This document shows positions 52,017-61,759 of a DNA stretch of 61,759 bases, in pieces. The position numbers were made by a program, and so were the translations under genes. Each line of letters begins with the position of its first letter. The first letter of the stretch is position 1. Where the stretch lies: contig JBLHID010000002.1 in assembly GCA_047615545.1 (NCBI GenBank), forward strand, positions 1 through 61,759, written 5' to 3'. The notes below the pieces were generated by a model. That model was not told the origin of the DNA. It did not search any database and saw nothing but the letters and a program-made list of their open reading frames with translations. The DNA is from Polaribacter sp. Its GTDB lineage: Bacteria; Pseudomonadota; Gammaproteobacteria; GCA-001735895.

Positions 52017-53297
52017 TCAGCTAACCCATAACCCCACTAACTCACCATCAATCAATAGTTGAGGTGTTGTGCTGCGAAGCCAAGGTGCTATCTTTTTAGT
52101 TTGAAAAAAACGTTTCAGACGATGGCTGTGTTGATGGGTTGGTGGTTCGTCAGTACGGAATCTAACCTGGATAACCTGCCCTAAGTCCTCTATACCCAAA
52201 TAATCTAAAACTACACTGCGTCTCAGCACCAGATTAAGTTCGGGGATTTCCAATACTGATCCTCCTTCTGATTCTGATAAAAAATCATACACGGCCTGCT
52301 GCGGTTGGGGCAGCTCGTGGGCCACAATGAATACTCGACCATGATATATCCGAATATCATAATCACCATTTTCGATAATTGGATTGGCGTCCTGCTTTAC
52401 CTCGAGTTGCTCTGTGAATGTATCTAACCGTGCTTTTGGCAAGCTCGGTCTTTGGTTTACTCGAAGCCAGTAACGAACCACATTTTTTTGCCTTCTAGCT
52501 GATAGTAAGGCAAGGCCCTGAACGCTCAGAGTTGAAGGTGATTTGGCTGGTGCTGACTGATCGTTTACATCAATAAGACTATCGTAATCTAGGGCAGCTA
52601 GGTCATCTAGTAACTGCTGGGTTTCTGCCTGTATATCGCACACCGTGGCAATGGAGTGTTGGAAGTTTGGCCACCGTTGTTGAATCACTGGGGTTACCTT
52701 GTGCCGTATATAGTTCCGGTTGAATTGAACCGAGCTATTGCTGGGGTCTTCGAACCATTCCAGTTTGTGCTGCTTCGCATAGTCTAGCAATGTGTCTCGT
52801 TTGACCTGAAGCATAGGACGAATGAGTCGGGACTTAGCAATGGGTCTATCTGCTGCGATGCCTCGAAGGCCGGCACTACCGGAGCCCCTAAGTACATTAA
52901 GTAAAAAGGTTTCTACCTGATCATCCATATGATGAGCCGTCAGTAGGCAATCGTTTTGTGTGAGCTCGCTAGCAAACAAGCCATAGCGTGCCGTTCTTGC
53001 AAGGGCTTCTATGTTAGTTTCAGTTGTTTGTAAATTAAGGTGACTGAGTTTAAATTCAAGACCATAAGCGTTGGCTTGCTGCTGACAAAAATCTGCCATG
53101 CTATCTGCTTCAATTTGAAGCCCATGGTTAACATGCCAAAGTTTGGTGTTGGGTAAGAAACGACTATTGGCTAATAAATGCAGTAGTACGCAAGAGTCGA
53201 GGCCACCACTGAATGCCAGAACACAGTTTTCGACACTTGCAGGGAGCAAGTCAAGGCAATGGGTTAATATATCTAACTGCCTTGAACGAGATTTCAT
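52017..53297 (-). CDS. tilS: tRNA(Ile)-lysidine synthetase
   Basis: 426 aa; AFSGGLDS PP-loop, HHMDDQVETFLLNVLRGSG. Confidence 0.9.
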   Translation of the reverse strand: MKSRSRQLDILTHCLDLLPASVENCVLAFSGGLDSCVLLHLLANSRFLPNTKLWHVNHGLQIEADSMADFCQQQANAYGLEFKLSHLNLQTTETNIEALARTARYGLFASELTQNDCLLTAHHMDDQVETFLLNVLRGSGSAGLRGIAADRPIAKSRLIRPMLQVKRDTLLDYAKQHKLEWFEDPSNSSVQFNRNYIRHKVTPVIQQRWPNFQHSIATVCDIQAETQQLLDDLAALDYDSLIDVNDQSAPAKSPSTLSVQGLALLSARRQKNVVRYWLRVNQRPSLPKARLDTFTEQLEVKQDANPIIENGDYDIRIYHGRVFIVAHELPQPQQAVYDFLSESEGGSVLEIPELNLVLRRSVVLDYLGIEDLGQVIQVRFRTDEPPTHQHSHRLKRFFQTKKIAPWLRSTTPQLLIDGELVGLWVS

Positions 53298-53317
53298 ACT
53301 ATAGATTTCATACTATT
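53290..53317. repeat. 14-bp tandem duplication (GATTTCATACTATA / GATTTCATACTATT) spanning the tilS start codon
   Basis: Read directly. On the minus strand it reads ATGAAATCTATAGT-ATGAAATC..., giving a 5-codon uORF (MKSIV*) whose TGA overlaps the tilS ATG. Confidence 0.85.
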
Positions 53318-53380
53318 TAGGTCATTCGAGTGCATGAACGTAAAGTTCTGAGTGGCCTCTGCGTTATACCAGCTTTGTTG

Positions 53381-54340
53381 CTAGCCTTCTTTATAATTAC
53401 CAAAACTCATCAACTTTTTATAACGCTGATCTAATAATTTATCGATACTCACTGACTCTAACGCTTCAATATTTTCGATTAGGTTACGTTTGAGCGTTTC
53501 GGCCATCTGGTCATGATTACGATGCGCACCACCGAGTGGCTCATCGATTACATCATCCACTAGATTAAGGGCAAATAAACGCTCGGCGGTAATGCCCATA
53601 GCCTCAGCCGCTTGGGAGGCTTTGTCTGCACTTTTCCATAATATGGATGCACAACCTTCAGGAGAGATGACCGAGTAAGTTGAGTATTGAAGCATATTAA
53701 TACGATCACCTACGCAAATAGCGAGTGCGCCACCTGATCCACCCTCACCTATGATGGTGCAAATAATAGGTGTTTTTAAGTCTGCCAAGACATACAGGTT
53801 ACGTGCTATGGCCTCACTTTGGCCTCTCTCTTCGGCACCGATACCAGGATAGGCTCCTGGTGTATCAACGAGAGTTATCAACGGCATTTTAAATTTTTCG
53901 GCCATATGCATTAAGCGAAGTGCTTTGCGATACCCTTCTGGACGCGGCATGCCAAAATTACGTTTTATTTTCTCTTTAGTATCACGCCCTTTTTGATGAC
54001 CAATCACCATCACAGGCTTACCATCCAATCGCCCAATGCCTCCAATGATAGGATAATCATTCGAATAGGCGCGATCACCGTGTAAAAACTCGAAATCAGT
54101 GAACATGCGGTCGATGTAATCAAGCGTATAGGGGCGACTAGGGTGGCGTGATAACTGTGAGATCTGCCAAGGGGTTAATTTGGAGAAAATATTCGAAGTC
54201 AGACTCTCCGCTTTCTTCTCAAGGATATTGATCTCTTCCGAAATATTGATGTCAGAGTCGTCGGTGACAAAGCGTAATTCTAAAATTTTTGCCTGCAGTT
54301 CGGCAATCGGTTGTTCAAATTCTAGGAAGTTAGGATCCAT
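53381..54340 (-). CDS. accA: Acetyl-CoA carboxylase carboxyltransferase subunit alpha
   Basis: 319 aa; [29 protein letters not shown]. Confidence 0.96.
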   Translation of the reverse strand: MDPNFLEFEQPIAELQAKILELRFVTDDSDINISEEINILEKKAESLTSNIFSKLTPWQISQLSRHPSRPYTLDYIDRMFTDFEFLHGDRAYSNDYPIIGGIGRLDGKPVMVIGHQKGRDTKEKIKRNFGMPRPEGYRKALRLMHMAEKFKMPLITLVDTPGAYPGIGAEERGQSEAIARNLYVLADLKTPIICTIIGEGGSGGALAICVGDRINMLQYSTYSVISPEGCASILWKSADKASQAAEAMGITAERLFALNLVDDVIDEPLGGAHRNHDQMAETLKRNLIENIEALESVSIDKLLDQRYKKLMSFGNYKEG

Positions 54341-54515
54341 AATTATCTTTTAAGTTATCGTTATTGATATTGATAGAACAGGATGATAGTACGAGCCTAT
54401 AGAGTTAGCTCTAGCCCAAGCCACTTCGGTTAGTGTAACGACTCAAAGACAGACTGTCACCAGCTCTTCTGCAGAATGTTATGTAAAAGAATAAAGCAAA
54501 CAAGCGCTTAACGCC

Positions 54516-55220
54516 TTAGATCACTAAAGATAGATTTATCATCTCAAGGGCCTCGGAAGGATTTTGATGTTGTGTAATTGGCCTCCCAATGACTAAATAA
54601 CTAGCACCATTCTCTATTGCCTGATCGGGCGTCACAATACGCTGCTGATCATCTGTAGTCGCCCAGTCGGGTCGTATGCCTGGCGTTACCAGTAGTGGTG
54701 CTTTGCCGAATGTTTCACGTAATAGGCTGGCTTCTTGTGCAGAACAAACCAATCCATCCAATCCTTCATTTATTGCCATTGCTGCTAACCTCTTTACAAA
54801 ATCAGGTAGCTCATCACTAATACCCAATTGAGCCAAATCAGTTGGCGACATACTGGTAAGTACGCTAACTGCAATCAGAAATGGATGCCGATTGCCGGCC
54901 ATATCAACACCTTCACGTGCGGCGGATAACATCGACTGACCACCCATCGCATGAACATTAACCATCCACACTTCTAATTGAGCTGCCGCATATACGGCCT
55001 TTTTAACGGTATTGGGTATATCGTGGAATTTGAGGTCAAGAAAAACATCAAAACCTTTACTAACTAATGTTTCCACCAAATGAGGGCCTGCACGCGTAAA
55101 CAACTCTTTACCAACTTTCAACTTACATTGGTCGGGGCTGGTTTTTGCGACGAACTCCAAGGCCTGTTTTTGATCGGAGTAGTCCAGCGCCACTATGACT
55201 CTAGATTCGTTATTGTTCAT
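54516..55220 (-). CDS. pyrF: Orotidine-5'-phosphate decarboxylase
   Basis: 234 aa; VALD, KVGKELF, FLDLKFHDIPNT, VIGRPIT. Confidence 0.93.
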   Translation of the reverse strand: MNNNESRVIVALDYSDQKQALEFVAKTSPDQCKLKVGKELFTRAGPHLVETLVSKGFDVFLDLKFHDIPNTVKKAVYAAAQLEVWMVNVHAMGGQSMLSAAREGVDMAGNRHPFLIAVSVLTSMSPTDLAQLGISDELPDFVKRLAAMAINEGLDGLVCSAQEASLLRETFGKAPLLVTPGIRPDWATTDDQQRIVTPDQAIENGASYLVIGRPITQHQNPSEALEMINLSLVI

Positions 55221-55286
55221 TGGCTTTGGCTCATTAAAAATAGTTTATTCGTATTGTCTATCGGTACTTATAATGACTACTGATCC

Positions 55287-56438
55287 CTAAACGGGTTTCA
55301 TTGATGACCAGTTTCTGCAACTGGGGCATCTCCATTGTATTGCGTGGCTTTCATATCCGCATTGAGTACAGACAAATTCAGCCTTCTTTTCTTGCATCGC
55401 TTTCAGAAAAATTGATAGCCCTTGCCATGCATCAGCTAACTGCATTGAGTCAGATCGAAGAAATCGCAAAGCAAAGTCATAGGCACCTAAAGAAGGTATT
55501 TCCTTCAATACTTCCGATAAGAATTGTCGAGCTTTTTCAGATTTATTCGTTGTCGCGTAGTGCTCTAATAGAGCGATGGCAAGACGCGTCGAAGGCTGGC
55601 GTTCATATTGTTGTTCCAAAAATTCCTGATATTTGGTTGATTCCTTCCCTTGTATAAAAATTTGTTTCGCTGGTTCTATATACAACGCTATGTATTCAGG
55701 ATTTTTCCTTATCAACCGCTCGAAAACTTTCTTCGCAGCCGGGTAATATTGGACGTTCAGATTCCATTGAATTAATAACAATGCTGCACGAACACAGCTT
55801 TCGTCAATTTCTAATGCTTTCGTCAAGTTGACTCGTGCCTTTTTACGGCTACCCTTACTGACTGCTTTTTCGGCTGTCTCGCAAAGACATTGGCTCAATG
55901 CGGTAGAAGCACCTAAGTATTTCCGATCAAACAAAACCTGTGCGCAATCAACTGCTTCATCCCAGGATTTTTCGGTGATATATAAATCGAGTAAATAACG
56001 GTAAGCAGTTAGGTTATTGCTATCGAGTTGAATCAATTCCCTAAATAACTTTTCGGCTCGATCTAACAATCCCGCTTTGAGATAGTCATTGGCCAATGCT
56101 TCGATGGCAGTATTTCGATGATTTCGACTTAAATCTGGTCGCGCGAGTAAATTTTGATGTACTTTGATAGCGCGATCAACTTCACCTTTAGATCGAAACA
56201 AATTACCGAGCGATAGATGAACCTCTATCGTATTTGGATTAACTTCAATAATTTTTGTGAAAACTTTGATTGCGTTTTCAGAGTCGTCTGACAGCAAATA
56301 ATTGAGTCCTAGAGCATAGGAGTCAGAGCAGTTGTCGAGCTGATTGGTGGCATCTGCCTTTTTAATCGGTTTCCATCTACCAAGAATCCACCCAATGAAA
56401 ATTGCGAAAAGGACTAGTGATAAAAGCCAGAAATCCAT
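55287..56438 (-). CDS. lapB: LPS assembly protein LapB (YciM)
   Basis: 383 aa; N-terminal TM, TPR repeats, C-terminal rubredoxin-type CTQCGYESHAIQWRCPSCRNW. Confidence 0.9.
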   Translation of the reverse strand: MDFWLLSLVLFAIFIGWILGRWKPIKKADATNQLDNCSDSYALGLNYLLSDDSENAIKVFTKIIEVNPNTIEVHLSLGNLFRSKGEVDRAIKVHQNLLARPDLSRNHRNTAIEALANDYLKAGLLDRAEKLFRELIQLDSNNLTAYRYLLDLYITEKSWDEAVDCAQVLFDRKYLGASTALSQCLCETAEKAVSKGSRKKARVNLTKALEIDESCVRAALLLIQWNLNVQYYPAAKKVFERLIRKNPEYIALYIEPAKQIFIQGKESTKYQEFLEQQYERQPSTRLAIALLEHYATTNKSEKARQFLSEVLKEIPSLGAYDFALRFLRSDSMQLADAWQGLSIFLKAMQEKKAEFVCTQCGYESHAIQWRCPSCRNWSSMKPV

Positions 56439-56507
56439 TATGAATGCCCATACTTATGCGAAAGGTGGATATTTATTTCGGCTGATATGAGTGCTAATTG
56501 AACCAGA

Positions 56508-56819
56508 TTACTTTTGACTATTAGCTCGATTTCGTAATTCCTTTCCTGGTTTGAAATGTGGAACGTGCTTTCCAGGGAGGTTAACTTTATCGCCAGATTT
56601 TGGATTTCTACCGGTTCTTGGAGAACGGTAATGAAGACTAAAACTACCAAAACCTCTAATTTCAATTCTCTGGCCTGTTGATAAGGCATTGCTCATCATT
56701 TCGATCAGGCTTTTGACTGCCAATTCGACATCTTTATAAACAAGATGCTTTTGATTTCTCGATAAGTTATCTATCAAGTCTGATTTAGTTAATGACGGTA
56801 CAAACTCCACTTCCTTCAT
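56508..56819 (-). CDS. ihfB: Integration host factor subunit beta
   Basis: [11 protein letters not shown]...[24 protein letters not shown]....[12 protein letters not shown]. The ATG at 56819 has GGAG 6 nt upstream; an alternative GTG is at 56831. Confidence 0.93.
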   Translation of the reverse strand: MKEVEFVPSLTKSDLIDNLSRNQKHLVYKDVELAVKSLIEMMSNALSTGQRIEIRGFGSFSLHYRSPRTGRNPKSGDKVNLPGKHVPHFKPGKELRNRANSQK

Positions 56820-56845
56820 CGTAAGCTCCACCTCAAATTAGTATA

Positions 56846-56875
56846 GTGGCATAGCAATCTCTATCGCTATGCCAC
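56846..56875 (-). terminator. Hairpin GTGGCATAGC-N10-GCTATGCCAC between rpsA and ihfB (attenuator/terminator candidate)
   Basis: Perfect 10-bp stem read directly. Its position matches the known partial terminator between rpsA and ihfB in enterics. Confidence 0.55.
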
Positions 56876-56907
56876 CTTTAACATCGGGTTACTTTAGAAA
56901 AGACAAC

Positions 56908-58587
56908 CTATGAATCCATTTTTTCTTTTAACAGGTCACCAAAACTAGTGGTTGCAGCACTGTCGCTGTTGTTACTACTAGTCGCGTAATCCTGTAACGT
57001 TTCCTGCTCTTCGTCTGTATCTTTTGCCTTGATAGATAGGTAAACACTGCGACCTTTACGATCCATACCGGTAATCTTAGCTTCGATTAGATCGCCTTCA
57101 TTCATGAAAGATCTAGCGTCTTCAATACGATCTTTGGCCATTTCAGAAGCCCTTAACAAACCTTCAATGCCATCACCCAAATCGATAGTCGCTGCTTTAG
57201 CATCAACTGCGATGACCGTACCAGTAACGATACTGCCCTTTGGCTTGTCAGACATGTAACTTGCGAAAGGATCTTTCTCGATTTGCTTGATACCCAGTGA
57301 AATTCGCTCTCGTTCTGGATCAATCGATAGAACCATTGCGTCGAGTTCCTGACCTTTCTGATAGTCACGTACTGCTTCTTCGCCTAACTTGTTCCAAGAA
57401 AGATCAGTTAAGTGAATCAGACCATCGATATTGCCAGGCAATCCAATAAAGATACCAAAATCAGTAATAGATTTAATTTTTCCGGAAATGATGTCGCCTT
57501 TGTTGTTAGTAGCGCCAAACTCATCCCATGGATTTTGCTTGCACTGCTTCATACCCAGTGAAATTCTGCGACGCTCTTCGTCAATTTCAAGGATAACCAC
57601 TTCGACTTCATCACCCAATGTGACAACTTTATTAGGATTAACGTTTTTGTTAGTCCAATCCATTTCAGATACGTGTACCAGACCTTCAACACCATCTTCA
57701 ATTTCAACAAAACAACCGTAATCAGTGATATTGCTGATATGTCCGAACAAGTGCTGACCTTCAGGATAACGACGCATGATGTTCGCCCAAGGATCATCAC
57801 CCATTTGCTTAAGACCCAGTGAAACACGGTTCTTCTCACGGTCAAACTTAAGTACAACAACGTCAATTTCTTGCCCGATTTCAACAACCTCTGAAGGATG
57901 CTTAACACGCTTCCAAGCCATATCTGTGATATGTAAAAGACCGTCAATGCCACCCAGATCAAGGAATGCGCCGTAATCGGTAAGGTTCTTAACGATACCC
58001 TTAACGCGTTCGCCTTCTTTCAAGTTCTCAAGTAACTTCTCACGCTCTTCGCTGAATTCTTTCTCAACAACTGCACGACGTGATACGACAACATTGTTGC
58101 GTTTTTGGTCGAGTTTGATGATTTTGAATTCGAGTTCTTTTTCTTCAAGGTAAGCAGTGTCACGTACTGGACGTACGTCAACTAGCGAACCAGGTAGGAA
58201 GGCACGGATTTCGCCGATATCGACAGTGAAACCACCTTTAACCTTACCAGTGAAACGACCAGTGATGATTTCATCATTCGCTTGCGCTTCTTCAAGACGA
58301 GTCCAAGCTCTTGCACGCTTAGCTTTTTCTCTTGAAAGACGTGACTCTCCGTATCCGTCTTCGATTGCGTCTAACGCAACTTCAACGATATCGCCAATAG
58401 CGACTTCGAGTTCACCACTTTCGTTATAAAACTGTTCTCTTGGGATGACGCCTTCCGACTTCAATCCTGCATTGACGATAACAACATCTCGGTTAATATC
58501 GACAACTTCGCCAGTGATGATTTCACCAACGCGCATATTCATTTGAGTAATGCTTTCTTCAAACATTTCTGCAAAATTTTCTGACAT
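56908..58587 (-). CDS. rpsA: 30S ribosomal protein S1
   Basis: 559 aa; six S1 repeats (G.V...T.YGAF+D+GG.DGLLHI). Confidence 0.98.
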   Translation of the reverse strand: MSENFAEMFEESITQMNMRVGEIITGEVVDINRDVVIVNAGLKSEGVIPREQFYNESGELEVAIGDIVEVALDAIEDGYGESRLSREKAKRARAWTRLEEAQANDEIITGRFTGKVKGGFTVDIGEIRAFLPGSLVDVRPVRDTAYLEEKELEFKIIKLDQKRNNVVVSRRAVVEKEFSEEREKLLENLKEGERVKGIVKNLTDYGAFLDLGGIDGLLHITDMAWKRVKHPSEVVEIGQEIDVVVLKFDREKNRVSLGLKQMGDDPWANIMRRYPEGQHLFGHISNITDYGCFVEIEDGVEGLVHVSEMDWTNKNVNPNKVVTLGDEVEVVILEIDEERRRISLGMKQCKQNPWDEFGATNNKGDIISGKIKSITDFGIFIGLPGNIDGLIHLTDLSWNKLGEEAVRDYQKGQELDAMVLSIDPERERISLGIKQIEKDPFASYMSDKPKGSIVTGTVIAVDAKAATIDLGDGIEGLLRASEMAKDRIEDARSFMNEGDLIEAKITGMDRKGRSVYLSIKAKDTDEEQETLQDYATSSNNSDSAATTSFGDLLKEKMDS

Positions 58588-58730
58588 GAGGTATTTCCTA
58601 ATAATGATTCTATAATTTTGAACAGTCGTTTCTTTCTTTTTCTAAAGAAACTCTTTCGCAATTACGCTAGTTTAAAAAACCAGGCAGACAGTGCATCTAC
58701 TTGGAACGGTTAAATTTTCTCGTTGATTCC

Positions 58731-59414
58731 TTACTTACTTTGTTCCTCGATATGGCCAGTCGCCAAATCGATCACTTGTTCCAAGTCAAGAATACTCGAG
58801 TCAATTACAATTGCATCAGAGGCTGGCACTAGGGGAGATTCGGTTCGATTTCGATCCCGTTCGTCCCTTTCGGTCAAATCAGCTTGAAGCTGCGCGATAT
58901 TAGACGATATCCCCATAGCAATCAACTGGTTATGTCGTCTTTTCGCCCTTATTTCAACCGAAGCATACAAAAAGAACTTGAATCTCGCCTGTGGAAATAC
59001 AACGGTACCCATATCACGGCCATCCGCAACTAACCCCGGGGCCTGAAAACAATCTTGCTGCAAACCTAATAAACGTTGGCGTACACTCGGATATTGGGCG
59101 ATGACTGAAGCCGCTTCCGACGTTGCCTCTTGTCGTATTTGAGTCGACACATCTACGCCATCAAGGAATGGAATGCTCAGATCCTCACCAATTTCAAATC
59201 GAATGTCGAGATCACTAATGGCATCAAGCACACTAGACTCTTGATTGAGATCAGCTGCTTTGTGCACTACCTTCAATGCGGCAAGACGATAAATGGCACC
59301 ACTATCAAGCAAATTGAAACCTAACTTTTCTGCCATTCGTAATGCCAGAGACCCTTTACCCGATCCGCTGGGTCCGTCAATGGTGATTACGTAAGGCGTG
59401 TTCTTTTCGGTCAT
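58731..59414 (-). CDS. cmk: (d)CMP kinase
   Basis: 227 aa; ITIDGPSGSGKGS P-loop, DGRDMGTVVFP. Confidence 0.95.
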   Translation of the reverse strand: MTEKNTPYVITIDGPSGSGKGSLALRMAEKLGFNLLDSGAIYRLAALKVVHKAADLNQESSVLDAISDLDIRFEIGEDLSIPFLDGVDVSTQIRQEATSEAASVIAQYPSVRQRLLGLQQDCFQAPGLVADGRDMGTVVFPQARFKFFLYASVEIRAKRRHNQLIAMGISSNIAQLQADLTERDERDRNRTESPLVPASDAIVIDSSILDLEQVIDLATGHIEEQSK

Positions 59415-60730
59415 AAACTTTTAACCTTCATTCCTGTACTGGTTGCCAGATCAATAAAACCTGGGAACGATGTATTAACATTGGTGCAATTATTTATGGT
59501 GATTGTATCAGTCGCGCGGATCGAAGCCACGCTGAATGCCATTGCGATACGATGATCGCCATGGGACTCAACTACTCCGCCCGTAATACTCCCACCCTGA
59601 ATGAAAATCCCATCAGCTGTCGGAACCGCATCGACACCTAGCGTGATTAAGCCGTCCGCCATAACTTGTATACGGTCACTTTCTTTGACTCTTAACTCTT
59701 CTGCGCCTGTCAACGTTGTTTTGCCCTCGGCGCAGGCAGCCGCAACAAATAGGACAGGAAATTCGTCGATTGCCAGTGGCACTAGGGATTCTGGAATTTG
59801 GATACCTTTTAGTTTAGCGCCACGAACAATTAGATCGGCAACCGGCTCACCACCAACATCGCGTCGGTTAATGATCGTAATGTCAGCCCCCATTAACTTG
59901 AGGATATCGATTACGCCAGTTCGTGTTGGGTTGATTCCCACATGGGTCAATGTCAATTCTGTGCCTATAGGAGAGATACTCCCCGCGACTAGAAAAAAGG
60001 CGGCTGATGATATATCAGCTGGCACTTCTATATCTGTAGCGGTTAATGTCTGCCCACCTTTTAACTTGATCACTGCACCCTTGCTTTCAACCTGACAGCC
60101 AAATCCTCGCAGCATACGCTCGGTATGATCTCTGGTTGGTGCTGGTTCAGTCACGACAGTTTCACCTTTCGCGTAAAGACCCGCCAGCAAAATACAGGAT
60201 TTAACCTGCGCCGAGGCCATGGGTAGCAGGTAATCAATCGCAGTTAATGCTGATTTGCCACGCACTGTCAATGGCGCAGTGCCATTGGTGTTACTATCAA
60301 TCGTCGCTTGCATCGCGAGTAATGGTGTAATCACTCGATTCATTGGGCGATCTGAGAGAGACTCGTCGCCGATCAGCGTGGTATCGAATTGTTGCCCTGC
60401 CAGTAAGCCGAGCAGCAAACGCATTGCAGTACCTGAATTACCCATATCGAGACTAGAATCAGGCTGCTCTAAGCCATGTAAGCCAACGCCTTTCACCTCG
60501 ATTTGATCACCTGTGCGCTTGATATCAACACCCATAGCTTGAAAAGATCTCATCGTATTGAGGCTGTCCTCGCCTTGCAAAAATCCGCTGATGTGACTAA
60601 TGCCCTCAGCGATTGATGACAAAATAATAGAGCGATGTGATATTGATTTATCGCCAGGTACTCTAATCGAACCGCTGGATTCGCCGCCAGGTGTGCATAT
60701 AAAGCTGCATTCAGAGTTGCTCATTAACAA
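59411..60730 (-). CDS. aroA: 3-phosphoshikimate 1-carboxyvinyltransferase (EPSP synthase)
   Basis: 439 aa; PGDKSISHR, GNSGTAMRLL, RVKESDR, DHRIAMAF. Confidence 0.96.
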   Translation of the reverse strand: MLMSNSECSFICTPGGESSGSIRVPGDKSISHRSIILSSIAEGISHISGFLQGEDSLNTMRSFQAMGVDIKRTGDQIEVKGVGLHGLEQPDSSLDMGNSGTAMRLLLGLLAGQQFDTTLIGDESLSDRPMNRVITPLLAMQATIDSNTNGTAPLTVRGKSALTAIDYLLPMASAQVKSCILLAGLYAKGETVVTEPAPTRDHTERMLRGFGCQVESKGAVIKLKGGQTLTATDIEVPADISSAAFFLVAGSISPIGTELTLTHVGINPTRTGVIDILKLMGADITIINRRDVGGEPVADLIVRGAKLKGIQIPESLVPLAIDEFPVLFVAAACAEGKTTLTGAEELRVKESDRIQVMADGLITLGVDAVPTADGIFIQGGSITGGVVESHGDHRIAMAFSVASIRATDTITINNCTNVNTSFPGFIDLATSTGMKVKSL

Positions 60731-61587
60731 TTGCCTACCAAGATATCTCTTTCTGATTTAGCTTTACCAAACAGCTGCAATAACTTGTCAGCATCTTGAT
60801 GCTTGATTGCTTCTGCCACTTCATCTAACTCCTTTTTATAGCCATCGATTAACTCGATTAGAGCGTCACCGTTGGCCAGACAAACATCTCGCCACATGAC
60901 CGAGTCACTCGACGCAATTCGAGTGAAGTCTCTGAAGCCACCGGCCGCGTATTTAAATATTTCGTCATGGTCATTCAATCCCGACAGATAGGTTACCATC
61001 GCAAAAGCCAGTAAATGCGGCAAATGCGACGTCGCTGCTAATATTTTATCGTGTTGAATGACACTCAGGTACTCGATACGTGCACCACATTGCTGCCACA
61101 TGTCAGAAATTTTATCGATACTCGATTGTGAATTTTCCTGCAAAGGGGTCAGAATAATTTTTTTATTCTGATAGAGTTTAGCGATGCCTGCTTCAACGCC
61201 ACTTTTCTCTGAACCGGCAATAGGATGACCGGGCACAAATTGATGAAAGCACTCACCTAACCCAGCTCTGGCGGCTTCGATAACCGAACCTTTAGTACTG
61301 CCAACATCGGTCACTATCGTATCACTGGATATGACACTACTGATCTGCTCAAATATGCTTTGCATCGTACCAAGCGGGACGGCGACGACAACAACATCAG
61401 CGTCTTTAACCGCTTCAGCTACGTTATCGCAATAACTATCAATAACACCTAATTCAATGCCTTTTTGTAGGTTAGCTTGATTGCGTCCACAACCGACAAC
61501 ATGCCCGACGGCGTTTGCCTGCTTTAACGCAAGCGCCAACGAACTGCCGATTAAACCGACACCGATAATAGCCAATCGATTGATCAT
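60724..61587 (-). CDS. tyrA: Prephenate/arogenate dehydrogenase
   Basis: 287 aa; IIGVGLIGSS Rossmann motif, GHPIAGSEKSG, SHLPHLLA. 7-nt overlap with aroA. Confidence 0.9.
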   Translation of the reverse strand: MINRLAIIGVGLIGSSLALALKQANAVGHVVGCGRNQANLQKGIELGVIDSYCDNVAEAVKDADVVVVAVPLGTMQSIFEQISSVISSDTIVTDVGSTKGSVIEAARAGLGECFHQFVPGHPIAGSEKSGVEAGIAKLYQNKKIILTPLQENSQSSIDKISDMWQQCGARIEYLSVIQHDKILAATSHLPHLLAFAMVTYLSGLNDHDEIFKYAAGGFRDFTRIASSDSVMWRDVCLANGDALIELIDGYKKELDEVAEAIKHQDADKLLQLFGKAKSERDILVGNC

Positions 61588-61606
61588 AGCGGTTGTTTTA
61601 GCGTCT

Positions 61607-61682
61607 TAATTATAACTAATTTAATAATCATTGATCTAATCATCATAGATCTAATCACTACTGATTCAATTATTCGTGATTC
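61607..61682. repeat. Five-unit degenerate 15-16-bp tandem array 20 nt upstream of the tyrA start
   Basis: Plus strand: TAATTATAACTAATT TAATAATCATTGATC TAATCATCATAGATC TAATCACTACTGATTC AATTATTCGTGATTC. Units 2 and 3 match at 13/15. Three GATC sites lie within about 55 bp (61633-61686). Confidence 0.7.
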
Positions 61683-61759
61683 GATCATGCGCGCCCTTAT
61701 CCTCAGTTTCATCTTCATTTGACTCAAAATGAAGCTTTGGGATAAGAACCTAGAATTTT

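Noticed and set aside
56438-56689. 83-aa ORF that could have been lapA by position.
   Set aside because: About 180 of its 252 nt lie inside ihfB in another frame. It has no LapA-like double TM pattern.

Overview
This is a 61.8-kb chromosomal window from a roughly 40-45% G+C Gram-negative, probably a marine gammaproteobacterium, judged from gene order. It is mostly housekeeping. The right third (41.7-61.6 kb) is almost entirely minus-strand core genes: putA with a divergent Lrp-type regulator, ybiT, cmoB-cmoA, tilS, accA, pyrF, lapB, ihfB, rpsA, cmk, aroA and tyrA. The middle holds the conserved trxB | ftsK-lolA ... serS neighbourhood. Here it is broken by extra genes (DUF4442 thioesterase, nitronate monooxygenase, DsbA-like, ygfZ, queG, crcB), and a FemAB-like (DUF482) gene is translationally coupled to aat. 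I saw no tRNA, rRNA, CRISPR array or intact mobile element. There are two small accessory or decayed patches. (1) Positions 1-3.3 kb hold an IS91-family transposase relic, a ~28-nt direct repeat bracketing two genes, and a clearly G+C-rich zinc-metallopeptidase gene. (2) Positions 16.6-18.5 kb hold a cupin pseudogene with internal stops and short repeats. The same patch has a 14-bp perfect inverted repeat upstream of an orphan ribbon-helix-helix gene that overlaps a small mobile-element-like ORF. The most unusual recurring signal is three independent 14-16-bp tandem arrays at or just upstream of start codons of minus-strand genes (NMO, tilS, tyrA). Other points worth a look are a cysteine-less LOV-like short PAS protein, a GBBH-like dioxygenase plus SDR pair, an ATL-Omp85 gene pair, an orphan hydantoinase-A-like gene and a conserved 471-aa protein I cannot name. 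Nothing here is a recognisable defence or secretion system. All family assignments come from reading the translated ORFs, not from searches.
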